Source: Eledone cirrhosa
Lineage: Eukaryota
Assembly: GCA_964016885.1 (NCBI GenBank)
Contig: OZ024742.1
Span: 32,860,001 to 32,924,000, forward strand
Direction: 5' to 3'
DNA length: 64,000 nucleotides
Shown here: positions 1 through 14,381 of the stretch, piece after piece
Layout: each line of letters begins with the position of its first letter
Numbering within the stretch: position 1 is the stretch's first letter
Made by a program: the position numbers and the translations under genes
Notes under the pieces: model-generated
The model's database searches: none
What the model saw: the letters and a program-made list of their open reading frames with translations, nothing else
Told to the model about the DNA's origin: nothing

Positions 1-253
1 CATCCAGCTGTAGAAAACCCGCCAGACAGTCCACGCTGTAATGTGGCCGTGTAGGCAACACGGTAAAAATCTCCCAGCCCCACACTGTAAATGTGGTTGG
101 TGTTAGGAAGGGCATCCAGCTGTAGAAAACCCGCCAGACAGTCCTATGCGAGCAAGACAATCACTCTTGCCTCAAGTGGGAAAACCCCCGTCCAAACCCA
201 TGTAAGCGTGGAACACGAACGTTAAACGTTGATTATGATGATGATGATGATGA

Positions 254-256
<3 letters not shown>
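1..256 (+). mobile_element. RTE LINE 3' UTR and (GAT)n tail, cut by the window edge
   Basis: Same 3' UTR as 30074-30440; carries a 112-bp internal duplication; followed by (TA)n. Confidence 0.9.
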
Positions 257-334
<78 letters not shown>

Positions 335-335
<1 letters not shown>

Positions 336-1142
336 AACTTTGAAATGTTTTAGCCAGTATTAGCCCAGGCCATGTCTAACTTAATAGCACCACCTGGCGA
401 AGTCTTTCAATTCAGGATTTGGGCACCATGGCCCATTCGAGAAGGGAATTAATGTTTGCGGAGACATATCCGGGTGTGGGTGGTTTGTCCGGGATAACTT
501 GGAGGAATTTGTCCAAAGACTTCTTGAATTTTGTGTGATCAGTTTCTGTTTTGACGTGTCCTGGTGTGATGTTGAAGAGAGCAGGGCCAATTGAGGTGAA
601 ATAATTGTGCCGTATTGTTGTTATGAGTTGCGATTTAGAATTTTGTTTGGGACGGATAGCACGGGGTCCAAGCCTTGGGTGTATTTTGAAGGTGATGCCA
701 ACATCATTTAGCAGTGTCGATGAAACATTTTCCACATCATGCAGATAATATAACGCTCACGGCGACGTTGGAGTGAGTAAAGTTTCAGCTTTTCTAGTCG
801 ACCCCAGTAGTCAAGGTCTGACATGCCATCTATTTTTTTTGTGATTGCCCTTTGGGGAGCTTCAAGTTTCATGATACTTTGTTTCATGTGGGGAGACCAC
901 AGTGGACAACAGTATTCAAGGTGTGGTCGGGCAAAAGTGGAGAAGAGAAGGATAATGGTGTGGGAATCTCTCGACTGGAAGGTTCTGAGGATCCAGGAAC
1001 ACATTTTGCAGGCCATGTCAACTTTGCTGCTTATATGCGTGGCCCAGCTTATGTTGCTGTCCACGGTTACTCCCAAGTCTCTGATGTTGTTAGATGCCAC
1101 GAGAGTTTCACCGGAGGGAAGGGAGTACGGGAGTTTCAGAGC
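335..1142 (-). mobile_element. 5'-truncated CR1/L2/Jockey-like LINE (C-terminal part of RT ORF, frameshifted)
   Basis: ORFs 708..1100 and 412..735: RDLGVTVD, RPHLEYCCPLWSP, LYSLQRRRER; flanked by (TA)n. Confidence 0.85.
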
Positions 1143-1188
1143 ATATATGTATATATATATATATATATATGTATGTATATATATATGT

Positions 1189-4100
1189 ATGGGGTTGTTC
1201 CGAAGGACTGGCGTAGCAGCATCATCATTACCTGTTACAAGGGTAAAGGAGATGCCCTAGATAGGTGTAAATATAGTGGCATTAAATTAATCGACCAGGT
1301 CATGAAGGTCACGGAAAAAGTAATAGCGCAACTAATCAGAGAGAGAATTGATCTAGATGAAATGCAGTTCGGGTTTGTGTCAGGCAAAAGTACCACAGAC
1401 GCTCTTTTCATTGTACGACAACTACAGGAGAAGTACCTAGCTAAAAGTAAACCCCTATACTTAGCTTTTGTTGACTTGGAGAAAGCCTTCGACAGAGTTC
1501 CCCGTTCCATTATCTGGTGGGCTCTTAGAAAACTAGGTGTTGACGAATGGCTTGTGAGAGCTATACAAGCCATGTATAAAGAAACAGTCAGCAAGGTTAG
1601 AATTAACAACGAATATACACAAGCCAGATCACTGACGATCCCAAGGAATGCGCAGAACTCATTGCTGAGTGCTATGCAAGTATTTTTACTGTTGAAAACC
1701 AGAATGTACCATCTCCACCATCTCTAACATCAAATTCCATAACAACTATGGAATTTACACCTGCAATGTTGCGACGTCACCTTAAGAATAAGCGCAACTA
1801 TGCCTCCCCTGGTCTTGATGGTGTGACATACCTGCTTCTCAAACGTGGCGGGGATTTCCTTTTGCGCCAGCTTTCTTTTTTCTTTCAAAACTGTCTCAGC
1901 AATGGTGCTACTCCGGAGCAGTGGAAAACTGCCAGTGTCATTCCCCTGTTCAAAAAGGGCAACCGCATGTCACCTGTCAACTATCGTCCAGTCAGTCTTA
2001 CTAGCTGTATGGCCAAACTGATGGAATCCTGTGTCAGAGAAACACTTTGGAACTTCTGGAGCTCTCACAGCCTCATCCGGCCCTCACAGTTTGGATTTAT
2101 CCCTAACTCCAGCTGCTGTGATCAGCTTATCGAGTTCCTTGAGGACATCACCCGGATCACTGACAGCGGCTCATGGGTGGATGTTGTTTACCTTGACTTT
2201 GCTAAGGCTTTTAATTCTGTGCCACACAAAAGACTTATGGCAAAACTCTCTGCAATGGGTGTGAGGGATGATCTTTTCGACTGGCTGAAATCCTTCATTC
2301 TCAGCCGAAAGGAAGTAGTCACGGTTCTAGGACAGCATTCTTCACCATATGAGATGTCATCTGGTGTACCACAGGGATCTGTTCTTGGTCCTCTTTTGTT
2401 TGTGGCATATATTAATGACATAGATGCCAACTTACAGAATGCCACGGTACTAAAATATGCAGATGACATCAAGCTGTACCTTGAAATCAAAAGGACTGAT
2501 CCTGAAATTTACAACTCTTTCCTACAATCAGACCTGGACACAATGCAGCAATGGATCACAGACTGGCAACTGAAGCTGGCTGTGGACAAGTGTACCACCA
2601 TGCATTTTGGAAGGAAAAATCCAGCGTCCACATACTCCCTCCACAACACTGACATCAAAAAGTCCTCTTGTGAACGCGACCTGGGCATTACTGTCAGCAA
2701 CGATTTGCATTGGACAAAGCATGTCTCTAAGATTGTCAAGAAGGCCGAGGGTGTCTTGGCATCACTCAGCAAGACCTTTGTTAGCCGCTCTCCAGCCATC
2801 TATTTAAAACTGTATACAGCTATGGTGCGACCACACTTGGAATTCGCATCATCAGTCTGGAACCCCTATCTTGCTCGGAACATTGACCTCCTGGAAACTG
2901 TTCAGAGACGTACAACCAAGCGCATACCCTCCATCAGACACCTAGCATACTCTGAACGCCTTGCTTCCCTGGGCATGAATTCATTGAAGCTCCGACGTCT
3001 GGCAATGGACTTGGTGAATACCCACAAAGTTTTTAACCATCTCGCCAACTGCAACCCTGAGCGCCTCTTTGATCTCCATGTGTCTAACACACGTGGACAT
3101 GCCTACAAGATAAGAAAACAGCACAGCTCCCATGACTTTCGCAGACATTTTTTCACGCTCAGAGTTGCTGAAGCATGGAACAAACTGCCTGCGTCAATTG
3201 TTAGCTGCCGAGACACTGCATCCTTTAAGACACTCATGCTTCCCGAAATACGCCAAAACTATACCTGATGTACCCCTTCCATACACATGCACACGTGTGT
3301 ATCATGACTCGTGCACTGTTTATCTTACTGATGTTTGTGCATTGCCCTATGTACTGTACATGCACTTTTTTGATGAGTTGTGGTGCACCTGGGCACTGTA
3401 CACAATATTTCATTATTGTTATTGTTATTATATCATGACTCATACACTGTTCATTTTCCTGACATTTGTACATTATTCTATGTACTATACATGCACCTTT
3501 GATGAGTTGTAGTGCACCTGAGCACTGTACACAATAATTTCATTATTATTATTATTATTATTATTAAGAGTTTAGCGTAAAAGTTGGTGTCCATCAGGGC
3601 TCTGTTCTTAGCCCCCTACTATTTATTATTGCCCTTCAGGCTATAACAGAGTAGTTCAAGACCGGCTGCCCATGGGAACTCCTATACGTAGATGATCTAA
3701 CGCTCATAGCTGAATCAATGGCCGAGCTAGAGAAGAAATTCCAAACATGGAAGCACGGCCTAGAATCAAAAGGCCTTAAAATAAACCTGGCTAAGACTAA
3801 AGTTCTAGTTTGTAGGAAAGAAAACAAGGCGCCGGTCCCTTCCGGGAAATGGCCATGCTCAGTGTGTAGGAAAGGCGTGGGTAGAAACTCTATTTTATGT
3901 CCCAAATGCAAAGTATGGGTGCATAAAAGATGTAGTGGGATCACAGGTAAGCTAACTAAGAACATAGATTTTACATGTGGCCGGTGCTCTGGTGCAATAA
4001 GTAGCAGCAAGTGCCCACAAAATACTAGCTCCTTCAATTGCGCAGAGGGTTCTATAGAAATAGTGGACAGCTTCTCTTACCTGGGCGACAAAATCAGCAG

Positions 4101-5031
4101 TGGGGGAGGGTGCTCTGAAAGTACAGTAGCTAGAGTCAGAACTGGTTGGAAAAAGTTCAGAGAGCTTATACCACTATTAGCCGCTAAAGGGTTCTCCCTA
4201 AGAATGAAAGGCAGGTTGTATGATGCCTGCATACGAACAGCAATGTTGCATGGCAGTGAGACCTGGGCATTGTGTGCAAAGGATATACGCAGACTAGAGA
4301 GGAACGAAGCTTGCATGCTCCGTTGGATGTGTAATAGTAACATACGTGAACGGCAAAGCATAAGCGAACTAAGGAAAAAATTAGAAATAAGAGGGATCAA
4401 ATGTTGTTTACTCGAGAGAAGGCTACGTTGGTATGGTCACGTGATGCGCATGAAAGACGACAGCTGTATAACAAAGTGCAGGGCAATAAAGATAGACGGT
4501 AGCTATGGAGTAGGCAGACCCAGAAAAACCTAGGACGAGCTGATAAATTCTGACCTCACACATTTACACCTCTCCAAGACAATGTCACTGGACCGAGACC
4601 TTTGGCGGTACTCAGTAATAGAGAAGACCCGCCTTACCTAAATACAAAGTAAAACCTACTACAGCCAGTAGGCATCTCTAACAAAATACACCCCCGTCCC
4701 ACCACCCCCACCCCATCCACACCGCCCCTTCAATGTAAAGTTATGTTGGTGTCACAACATCCAGGCCAAAACAAATGAGATCGTGTAGGTGTCACAACAA
4801 AAAAACACACAGTCCGCGCTGTAATCTGGTCGTGTAGGCAACACGGTAAAAACCTCCCAGCCCCACACTGTAAATGTGGTTGGTGTTAGGAAGAGCATCC
4901 AGCTGTAGAAAACCCGCCAGACAGTCCTATGCGAGCAAGACAACCACTCTTGCCTCAAGTGGGAAAACCCCCATCCAAACCAATGCAAGCGTGGAACACG
5001 GACGTTAAACGTTGATGATGATGATGATGAT
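1189..5031 (+). mobile_element. 5'-truncated RTE LINE, interrupted at 1617/3566 by another LINE
   Basis: 1189-1617 and 3566-5031 are colinear with the RTE at 28564-30440; in-frame stops; (GAT)n tail. Confidence 0.92.
1618..3565 (+). mobile_element. 5'-truncated CR1/L2-like LINE with an uninterrupted RT domain
   Basis: Frame open from the 5' junction to 3268: NYRPVSLTS, DFAKAF, GVPQGSVLGP, YADD, RDLGI; 3' UTR with an internal duplication and (ATT)n tail; no endonuclease present. Confidence 0.92.
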
Positions 5032-5108
5032 GTATATATATATGTATATATATATATATATATATGTACATATATATATATATATGTATATATATAAATA
5101 TGTATGTC

Positions 5109-5711
5109 AGGTCACCAGTTGGTGCTACTGGTAACATGTATCCCAGTACAACCTGTCCCATGGTCGGGTCGTTGGCGACTAAACTGGCAACCCCACCAAG
5201 GTTTCTTGGTGAGGAGGGTGACTTTGGACATCCTGCAGGATTAAAAACAAAACCTGTCAAAAGGCAAAGGAGCTCTTAAGAGTCAATGGCCATCCAAAAT
5301 CACCGGGAGAGATGACCCCTTAGCCTTTGTCAAGGCAAAATTCTAGGAGAAGGAAAACTCTGATATAACACCTGCAACCCTGATGGTTTCCAATGATGTT
5401 GACTTGTTCTTCTTTTTGGTAAATATCATCTTGGTTAAGACAGTGGGACTGGCTTTGTGCAGTGCCTTTGCTCACTATAAAAGCTTCACGGCACAGGCAT
5501 TGCTTTATATCTGGAGAACTCTCTGCACTTGTCATCACATGGTACCATGGGCCCAGCACTGTGTGTCAATAATTGTCACAAGTGTAGTGTTTGTACCAGA
5601 GTTTTCAAGTTGCTGGCTGGACTAAAAAGTCACACTCGTTCAGCGCATCGGTAGGGGTTCTCCTACATGGATATAAAGTAGTGGCCGTACTCGAAAACGA
5701 GTTGGCAGCCA
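5109..5711 (+). mobile_element. Probable transposon fragment between two (TA)n tracts, possibly a retroelement 5' UTR
   Basis: GC-richer block with sharp microsatellite boundaries and no recognisable ORF; family not identified. Confidence 0.35.
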
Positions 5712-6537
<826 letters not shown>

Positions 6538-6540
6538 AAA

Positions 6541-6710
6541 AATCAAACTCGCATCTCATAACAACAATACGGCACAATTATTTCACCTCAATTAGCCCCG
6601 CTCTCTTTAACATTACACCAAAACACATTAAAACAGAAACAGACCCCATAAAGTTCAAGACGTCTTGGGACAAATTCCTTCCAGAAATCCAGGATAAATA
6701 TCCTACACGT
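6541..6710 (+). mobile_element. Short fragment of the same LINE family as 335-1142
   Basis: ctcataacaacaatacggcacaattatttcacctcaatt is the reverse complement of sequence at about 590-630. Confidence 0.8.
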
Positions 6711-6727
6711 ATATATATGTGTATGTA

Positions 6728-6789
<62 letters not shown>

Positions 6790-6917
6790 TCATCAATATA
6801 TATATAGGTATATAATGTGTGTGTGTGTGTGTGTATGTATATATATGTGTGTGATGGTGATGAATTTGTTTTGCAAGATTTTTTATATGAAATCGTGTCG
6901 AAACAAATATTGTTATA

Positions 6918-6957
<40 letters not shown>

Positions 6958-6967
6958 ATGTGTATAT

Positions 6968-7346
6968 ATGAAATGAAGCAAGCATGCTCCGTTGGATGTG
7001 CAATATCAATGTGAGTGACCGACCAAGCATAGATGAGTTGAGAGAGAAACTGCATATAAGAAGGATAAGTTGAAGTGTGCGAGAGAGAAGACTGCGATGG
7101 TATGGATTGTGATGCGAATGGAGGATGACCAGTGGGTAAAGAAGTGCCAAGAAATCCCAGTAGAAGGAAGACGCAGTAGAGGTAGACCACGAGAAACATG
7201 GGCGGAAGTGGTGAGAGATGATCTCAGATCGCTGAAGCTCACGGAGGATATGACGAAGGACCGTGACAAGTGGAGAGATGCTGTGGTGAATAGGACCCGT
7301 CCAACCCTTGCAAGCAGGGAAAAACGGACGTAAAATGATGATGATG

Positions 7347-7349
<3 letters not shown>
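6968..7349 (+). mobile_element. RTE LINE 3' fragment, short-UTR subfamily
   Basis: Peptide GRRSRGRPRETWAEVVRDDL runs into the tail ccttgcaagcagggaaaaacggacgtaaa(atg)n. Confidence 0.85.
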
Positions 7350-7384
<35 letters not shown>

Positions 7385-8532
7385 GTGTGTGTGTGTATAT
7401 ATATATATACACCTGTTGGTTTTTAATTCATATTCAGTTAACTTTTTTGTAATTAATATTTATTATATAAATAGTGTTAATTCATACAAGATGTCTTTTA
7501 TAAAGAAATTAAGGTGGGTAATCTTTTGTTTTAAGATCATGCACAACATCCAGTTGTTTCCATGAGTGAAAATGATAATTCTTTTCAAATTTATCAACAT
7601 AATTGTTATCAGCAAAATATACATTTTTAACAAAATTATGAGGAAAGACAGGTGAGAGCACTATTTAGTAATTATGTCATTGTATATCTACCTATTTCTT
7701 AATCTCTCTCCCTCTTTCTCTTTCTACACACCCATACATATATGCACGCACACACACACACATATATGTCAATTTATATTTATCCATCAATCCATCTCTT
7801 TGTCTGACTTACCATATACATACATCCTGTAAGATAGCAGGTTCATGCTAGTATGTATAAGTGTGTGTGCGCATCTGTAAATGTGGTTGGTGTTAGGAAG
7901 AGTATCCAGCTGTAAAATACCCAGCCAAATTTACAGTCATTGCTGGAGCAAGTTGGATTGGTTTTCACAGTTCAAATCAATACTGAAGTAGGGCTACTCC
8001 CAGACAGGCTGGGGTTTCACATCTCACATATAGTTCCAAGTTCTATTGCCATGGTTTTGATACAACTGGAAGGTCTTTCCAACCCCTTGTTTGACAAGTT
8101 TTCTATGGCTAGATGTCCTTCCTATAACCAACCAGTTTATAGCATATACTGGGTGCATTTATTGTATAGATTACCACCAATAGAAAGGTAGTTGTACCAT
8201 TGACACAACTGATGGGTCCTCTCAACCCTTTTAGGAATGGTTTCTTAGCAGGGTGCCCTTCCTATCCTCAACCACCCTACTGGGTGTACTCTGTGCATTT
8301 TCGTGGCATTGTCACTAGAGAGGTTGTTGGCTATAGTCCCAACTGAAGAGCTCTCTCTGCTGAGGAGTTTGAGGAAAAGGGAGATAGGTATGAAGTTATG
8401 GGTGTATATTAAGTGTGGTTAGTTGACAGGGTGATGAGTAAGGGGTGACTGATAGTAGAGAGGGAGGATGTATATATGTTTGTAAATGTATACATATGTG
8501 AGTGTGTGTGCATATATATATATATGTGTGCA

Positions 8533-9019
8533 TGTATTAGATGTATAGATATATATATGCATGTATGTATGTATTAGATGTATAGCTATATATATGAATG
8601 TATGTATGTATTAGATGTATAGCTATATATATGAATGTATGTATGTATTAGATGTATAGCTATATATATGAATGTACGTATGTATTAGATGTATAGCTAT
8701 ATATATGAATGTATGTATGTATTAGATGTATAGCTATATATATGAATGTATGTATGTATTAGATGTATAGCTATATATATGAATGTATGTATGTATTAGA
8801 TGTATAGCTATATATATGAATGTATGTATGTATTAGATGTATAGCTATATATATGAATGTACGTATGTATTAGATGTATAGCTATATATATGAATGTATG
8901 TATGTATTAGATGTATAGCTATATATATGAATGTATGTATGTATTAGATGTATAGCTATATATATGAATGTATGTATGTATGTATTAGATGTATAGCTAT
9001 ATATATGAATGTATGTATG

Positions 9020-9020
<1 letters not shown>
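8533..9020. repeat. 37-bp minisatellite (tatagctatatatatgaatgtatgtatgtattagatg), about 13 copies
   Basis: Period of 37 read directly (8581, 8618, ...). Confidence 0.95.
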
Positions 9021-9079
<59 letters not shown>

Positions 9080-10053
9080 CCATTATATATATACCATTTA
9101 CATCATAGAAGAACCATTTTAATTATTAAAAAAAACAAAAACTGTTATATTAACTTTTAATATATCAGTTTTTGTGTGTGCATGTTTTTTTTAAATGATT
9201 AAAATGGCTTTTCCAATGTAATTGCTTGAGTTTGAACCCATGATATTAATGCAATTGCTCAACAAATACAACTCTGAAATATATAAAACAAAATAAATTA
9301 AAATAAAAACAAACTTGCTGAATGGAATGATTAATCAATTATCCATCCACATTAAAGGTTTTTTACCTTCATTATTTTCAATATCTAACGATGACTTCAG
9401 AAATATGGGGTTTCTAACTGACTGATTACATGCACGCACGTGCACACACACACACAAATATATAATATAGTATTTTGGAACCAATTCAATTCAGTTGAAT
9501 TCATAACAGCCCTAAAAAATTGGTATATGCCTCATCAAAAGAAATGGTTGTTTAAAACTTTCTGTGATTGAAACCTGTAATGCATTTTTAAAAAAATATA
9601 TTTTATCAAAATGGTTTTCCTTTCTACAGTAACACCTTTTTGAAAAGAGGTAAATATAATAATTCCTTGAATGTTAATGTTCAATTTTTCTTTTTAAATT
9701 CTTCCTTAATCTCATCTAGGTAAGAAATGAAAATCTATCTAATGCAAAAATATATTAGCTGCAAATATAAGCAAGCACGTATCAATTTAAAAAAAAAATA
9801 TATAACAACACCTTACCTATAATGTTGTAAAGCATGGCACCCCCACAAAAAAAACACTGCAATAGCACCATAATCTTATCAATTTTGTAAATCTGGTAAT
9901 CTTTAGATCACACATACAACAGTCTGTAACACAAGGCAACAAAGGAGCCTTGACTTGCAAGAAATAGTAGCAAAATCTCCTTCGCATCACATTCTACTAT
10001 CTTAAAAAATACATACTGGAGAAAGTAGTCCAGAGTACATCAAGACTAAAAAA

Positions 10054-10909
10054 TTATGGTTAGGCCCTCTTTGAGCAGATGAAAGTCATACCAGTCTTAT
10101 GGTTAGGCCCTCTTTGAGCAGATGAAAGCCATACCAGTCTTATGGTTAGGCCCTCTTTGAGCAGATGAAAGCCATACCAGTCTTATGGTTAGGCCCTCTT
10201 TGAGCAGATGAAAGTCATACCAGTCTTATGGTTAGGCCCTCTTTGAGCAGATGAAAGTCATACCAGTCTTATGGTTAGGCCCTCTTTGAGCAGATGAAAG
10301 CCATACCAGTCTTATGGTTAGGCCCTCTTTGAGCAGATGAAAGCCATACCAGTCTTATGGTTAGGCCCTCTTTGAGCAGATGAAAGTCATACCAGTCTTA
10401 TGGTTAGGCCCTCTTTGAGCAGATGAAAGCCATACCAGTCTTATGGTTAGGCCCTCTTTGAGCAGATGAAAGCCATACCAGTCTTATGGTTAGGCCCTCT
10501 TTGAGCAGATGAAAGCCATACCAGTCTTATGGTTAGGCCCTCTTTGAGCAGATGAAAGCCATACCAGTCTTATGGTTAGGCCCTCTTTGAGCAGATGAAA
10601 GTCATACCAGTCTTATGGTTAGGCCCTCTTTGAGCAGATGAAAGCCATACCAGTCTTATGGTTAGGCCCTCTTTGAGCAGATGAAAGCCATACCAGTCTT
10701 ATGGTTAGGCCCTCTTTGAGCAGATGAAAGCCATACCAGTCTTATGGTTAGGCCCTCTTTGAGCAGATGAAAGCCATACCAGTCTTATGGTTAGGCCCTC
10801 TTTGAGCAGATGAAAGCCATACCAGTCTTATGATTAGGCCCTCTTTGAGCAGATGAAAGCCATACCAGTCTTATGGTTAGGCCCTCTTTGAGCAGATGAA
10901 AGCCATACC
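10054..10909. repeat. 43-bp minisatellite (ttatggttaggccctctttgagcagatgaaagYcataccagtc), 20 copies
   Basis: Units from 10054 to 10871 at exact 43-bp spacing, no spacers. Confidence 0.97.
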
Positions 10910-11923
10910 TGTCTTTGCTATCCTGTCGTTGTTCATTCCTTTTCTATTTAAAATGATAGGGTGTGATTTAAGGTGGTAGAGAGGCAGAATCATTAGAGTA
11001 ATAGATAAAATCTATTGCAATATTTGTTCAAATCTTGTTGGAGTCAACTTTTCCTTTCATCCCTCCAAAGTTGATGAAATAAAGTACCAGTCTAGTGGGG
11101 TGGATTGGCAGAATTGTTGGACAAGATACAGTATTTGTTCTGACTCTTTACATCCTGAGTTCACCTGTGACAACACTGATGCCAATCTGTATCAGTCCTC
11201 GCCTTTCCCTTAGACAATATCAGTGGTGTGGAGAAGGGAGACTGGCATGCATGGGCAAATGCTGGGTTTTCAAAAAAAAAAACCCTTGCCCAGGCCTACA
11301 TACTGGAGACAAATTTTCCAAATGCAGATACATGGTCAACTCTGACAACTGACAGCCTTAGATAGGATGTGATGTAAAGGTGAAATTTTGCTATTTTTAT
11401 TAGGTCAAGCAACTCCATAGAGATTCTCTTATTGGCTTGTAGAATCCTTTGTTGTCAGTAGATGTCTAAATGTTTCCACTGCTCTTGAAATTTAAGTAGT
11501 ATCTCACATCCTAAATAGCTTGCCATTTATACAAAGGAAGAAACATTTTCTTGGCAACAAACTTATCCTCATCTATTTAAATCACACCCAGTCTGCTAAT
11601 ACTACATTATTTTTAAAAATGAGGAGAGCTAAAACTAGTAAATTTATAACCAGCGTTCATCTGAAATTGTAATATATATTAAAATGTTAATGTTTTTCAC
11701 TTCTTTAGAAGAAACATTTTTGTCATTCCAAGACACAAAGTTTTTCAATGTGTGGCATCTCAAAGGCACGTGAAGCATGCAGTTAAACAAAGTTAGATCA
11801 GGGACCAAATTAGAGCAATATTTAACACAAAAGAAAGACAGTAAATCAGTGGTGAGTCGGAGTTTAAGGAGATCACATAAATGGAAAAAGAAAAATTTCC
11901 AAGCATGAGATAAGTCGGCGCAC

Positions 11924-12068
11924 CTAACATCATTTTGCTGACAGGAAAGACTATAATTGGCCGTCCTAACATTCTCCATTGATGACTCAGTGTCTCAACA
12001 TCGGACTTAAAATTGTCCATGAGAAAGCTGTTGTCTAGGGGCAGATAGAATTGTAGGTTATCCAGGAA
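11924..12068 (-). CDS. PHKA: PHKA exon 16 (FLDNLQFYLPLDNSFLMDNFKSDVETLSHQWRMLGRPIIVFPVSKMML)
   Basis: Overlaps ORF 11793..12020; tcacag acceptor, gtgcgc donor; 145 nt, ends in phase 1; the gene continues leftward. Confidence 0.93.
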
Positions 12069-12531
12069 CTGTGAACAATAAAAAACAAAATTGCAGTAAA
12101 GGACATCAAGAAAAGTACAAAATTGGAACTGGTGGGTAGAGCACTCATTGATTTTAATTGTGATTCTGCAAAGAGATCTTTGAAATGAATGTTTTTGAAT
12201 TGAAGCTAAGTGAACTGAAGCAAGAACATTTATATTAGTATGAATGTGGAGGTTGAAGCTATAACCACATTATGTGTATATGTATGTGTGTGTATGTGTG
12301 TAATTCTTTTTTTTTAGAGTTACATATCTTCTAGGAAAATGTCTGAAAAGCACGTTTTCAGAAACTGCAGCAATTTTTAATACTTTCAAGTTCAGGTTTA
12401 ATAAAATTTAAAGTTTAGATATAGATTTACACTTCTCTCTATATATAGAGGCAGTGGATTGGCTGAGTCATTTGAACATAGGACAAAATGTGTTGTGGTA
12501 TTTGTTCTGACTATCTGTGTTCCAGGATTAA

Positions 12532-12728
12532 CCCTTTAGCATTATATTCACTATTATATTTTCATGGTAAAGTTTTTATCTCACATAATATCGAATCTAT
12601 GAGATTTTGATATTATTTATTTTGAGAACAATACCTTAACATAAGTATGAGTAGCCAGTTACAGCCAGTTTGAACAAAAAGAGGTGAAAGAATTCTGGCC
12701 AGATATGGCTGGTTTAAATGCTAAAGGT
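12532..12728. mobile_element. piggyBac-type MITE, family 1
   Basis: Same TIR and body as 22849-23069; TTAA flanks. Confidence 0.78.
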
Positions 12729-14381
12729 TTAAATCCTGTCAAGGTAAACTTTGCCTTTCTTTCTTTGGGGGTTGAATAAAATAAAGTAGCAGTCCACAGC
12801 AGTAGATTGTAGGAATATTAGTGTTGAATGAGATGTCTTGAAGCATTTCTTTTAACTCTTTGTATTCTGAGTTCTAATCCAGCTCTGACTTACTTCTTTG
12901 TCCAGCACTTTAACAAATCTGCCAATTCACCGCCATGGACTGGCACTTTATTTTATCGACCCCAAAACGATGAAAGCCAATGCTGGTCTCAAAAGGATTT
13001 GAAATTAGACTGCAGAGCACCAAAAGAAATATTGCAACACATTCTATCTGAAGTTCTAAAAAAAATCTGCCAATTTATATTCCTTATTTACTAAAGCATT
13101 CTAAATTCATAATTACTTCTTTTTTTTTTTTTTTTTTTTTTCAAATTGAAACACTTGGCTAGTGATGTGGTTACAAAGGTTTAATGTCACATCAAAACAC
13201 TGCAATAGAAATTATCATATTGATGGCTTATATTATCTTTAAAAATTTTAAATGGATTGGCAGTTCTGGAAAAATACTTTCATGTGTAGTTTACAACATG
13301 ATGGTATCCCAATGTACATTGTTTTATACACACAAACACACAGATGCAGGCATATACCACCCTACATCTTCCCACATGCCCACACTGAAAGTGAATCGGA
13401 AACACACATTAGCAATATGTATAGTATTCAATTATATATTTTCTTGTTTTAAAACCTGTACCCTATTTACCTTTATAAACAGGAGGAAATAGACAGCAAG
13501 TTTTGATATATTAATAACAATAATATATAGCATAAGTTAATGTGATAACAATGTTATTATATATGTTAATATAACAACAATAATATTTCATATGTTATAA
13601 TGAACACAATTATATTTCATAAGTTAACAGGATAATAATTGTTTCTACTTTAGGCACCAGGCCAGCAATTACCCAGTGCATTACTGGTACTTTATTTTAT
13701 CGACCCCGTAAGGATGAAAGGCAAAGTCAACCTCGGCGGATAATAATGATATTAGATATGTTATGATAATGATATTGTGTTACAATGAACACACTGATTT
13801 TATATATATAAAATTATATTTTATATAAACACAATTATATTTGATATGTTATAATGATAACAATGATATTACATATATTATTATTATGGTAACAATAATA
13901 TTTCATATAGGAATATGATAATAATGATATCTAATGTTATTATAACAATGATATTACATTACATATGTTATAATGAACACAATGATATCACGATCATATC
14001 TGATGTTGCAATGATATCATATATACTGCACTGAATTATATAATATTTGATATGAACAATCATAATATAGCCTGTTATATATCTTTTTAAAGTTTCATAG
14101 TGTCATTTATATATGAAGAATTATTTAATAAAAGATAACAACAACAACTATATCAACAAAAATAACAAACTAAATAATAAACTGGTTTAAAATCAAAATA
14201 TAAGATAGCCAACAATTTTAGTTTCAAGTATTAGAAATTAAATAATTGTTAGATAATATATTCTGTCAAAACTTCAAACATTATTTAATTATAATACCAG
14301 TATGTAATAGATAATGGGAAATATAATAATCTAACTTTGGCTACTGCCAACAATAACCACAAATGTATGTATGTACATATA

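Noticed and set aside
852-1727. 291-aa ORF as a gene
   Set aside because: Chance read-through across an antisense LINE, a microsatellite, an RTE fragment and the start of the nested LINE.
5110-5187. HDV-like ribozyme at the start of the 5109-5711 block
   Set aside because: P1-, P2- and P4-like pairings and a CTAA exist (ccagtt/aactgg, gtcg/cgac), but I could not build a valid P3/L3.
10054-10909. Regular 43-bp repeat array as a CRISPR array
   Set aside because: Units are contiguous with no unique spacers, there are no cas genes, and the context is a eukaryotic intron.
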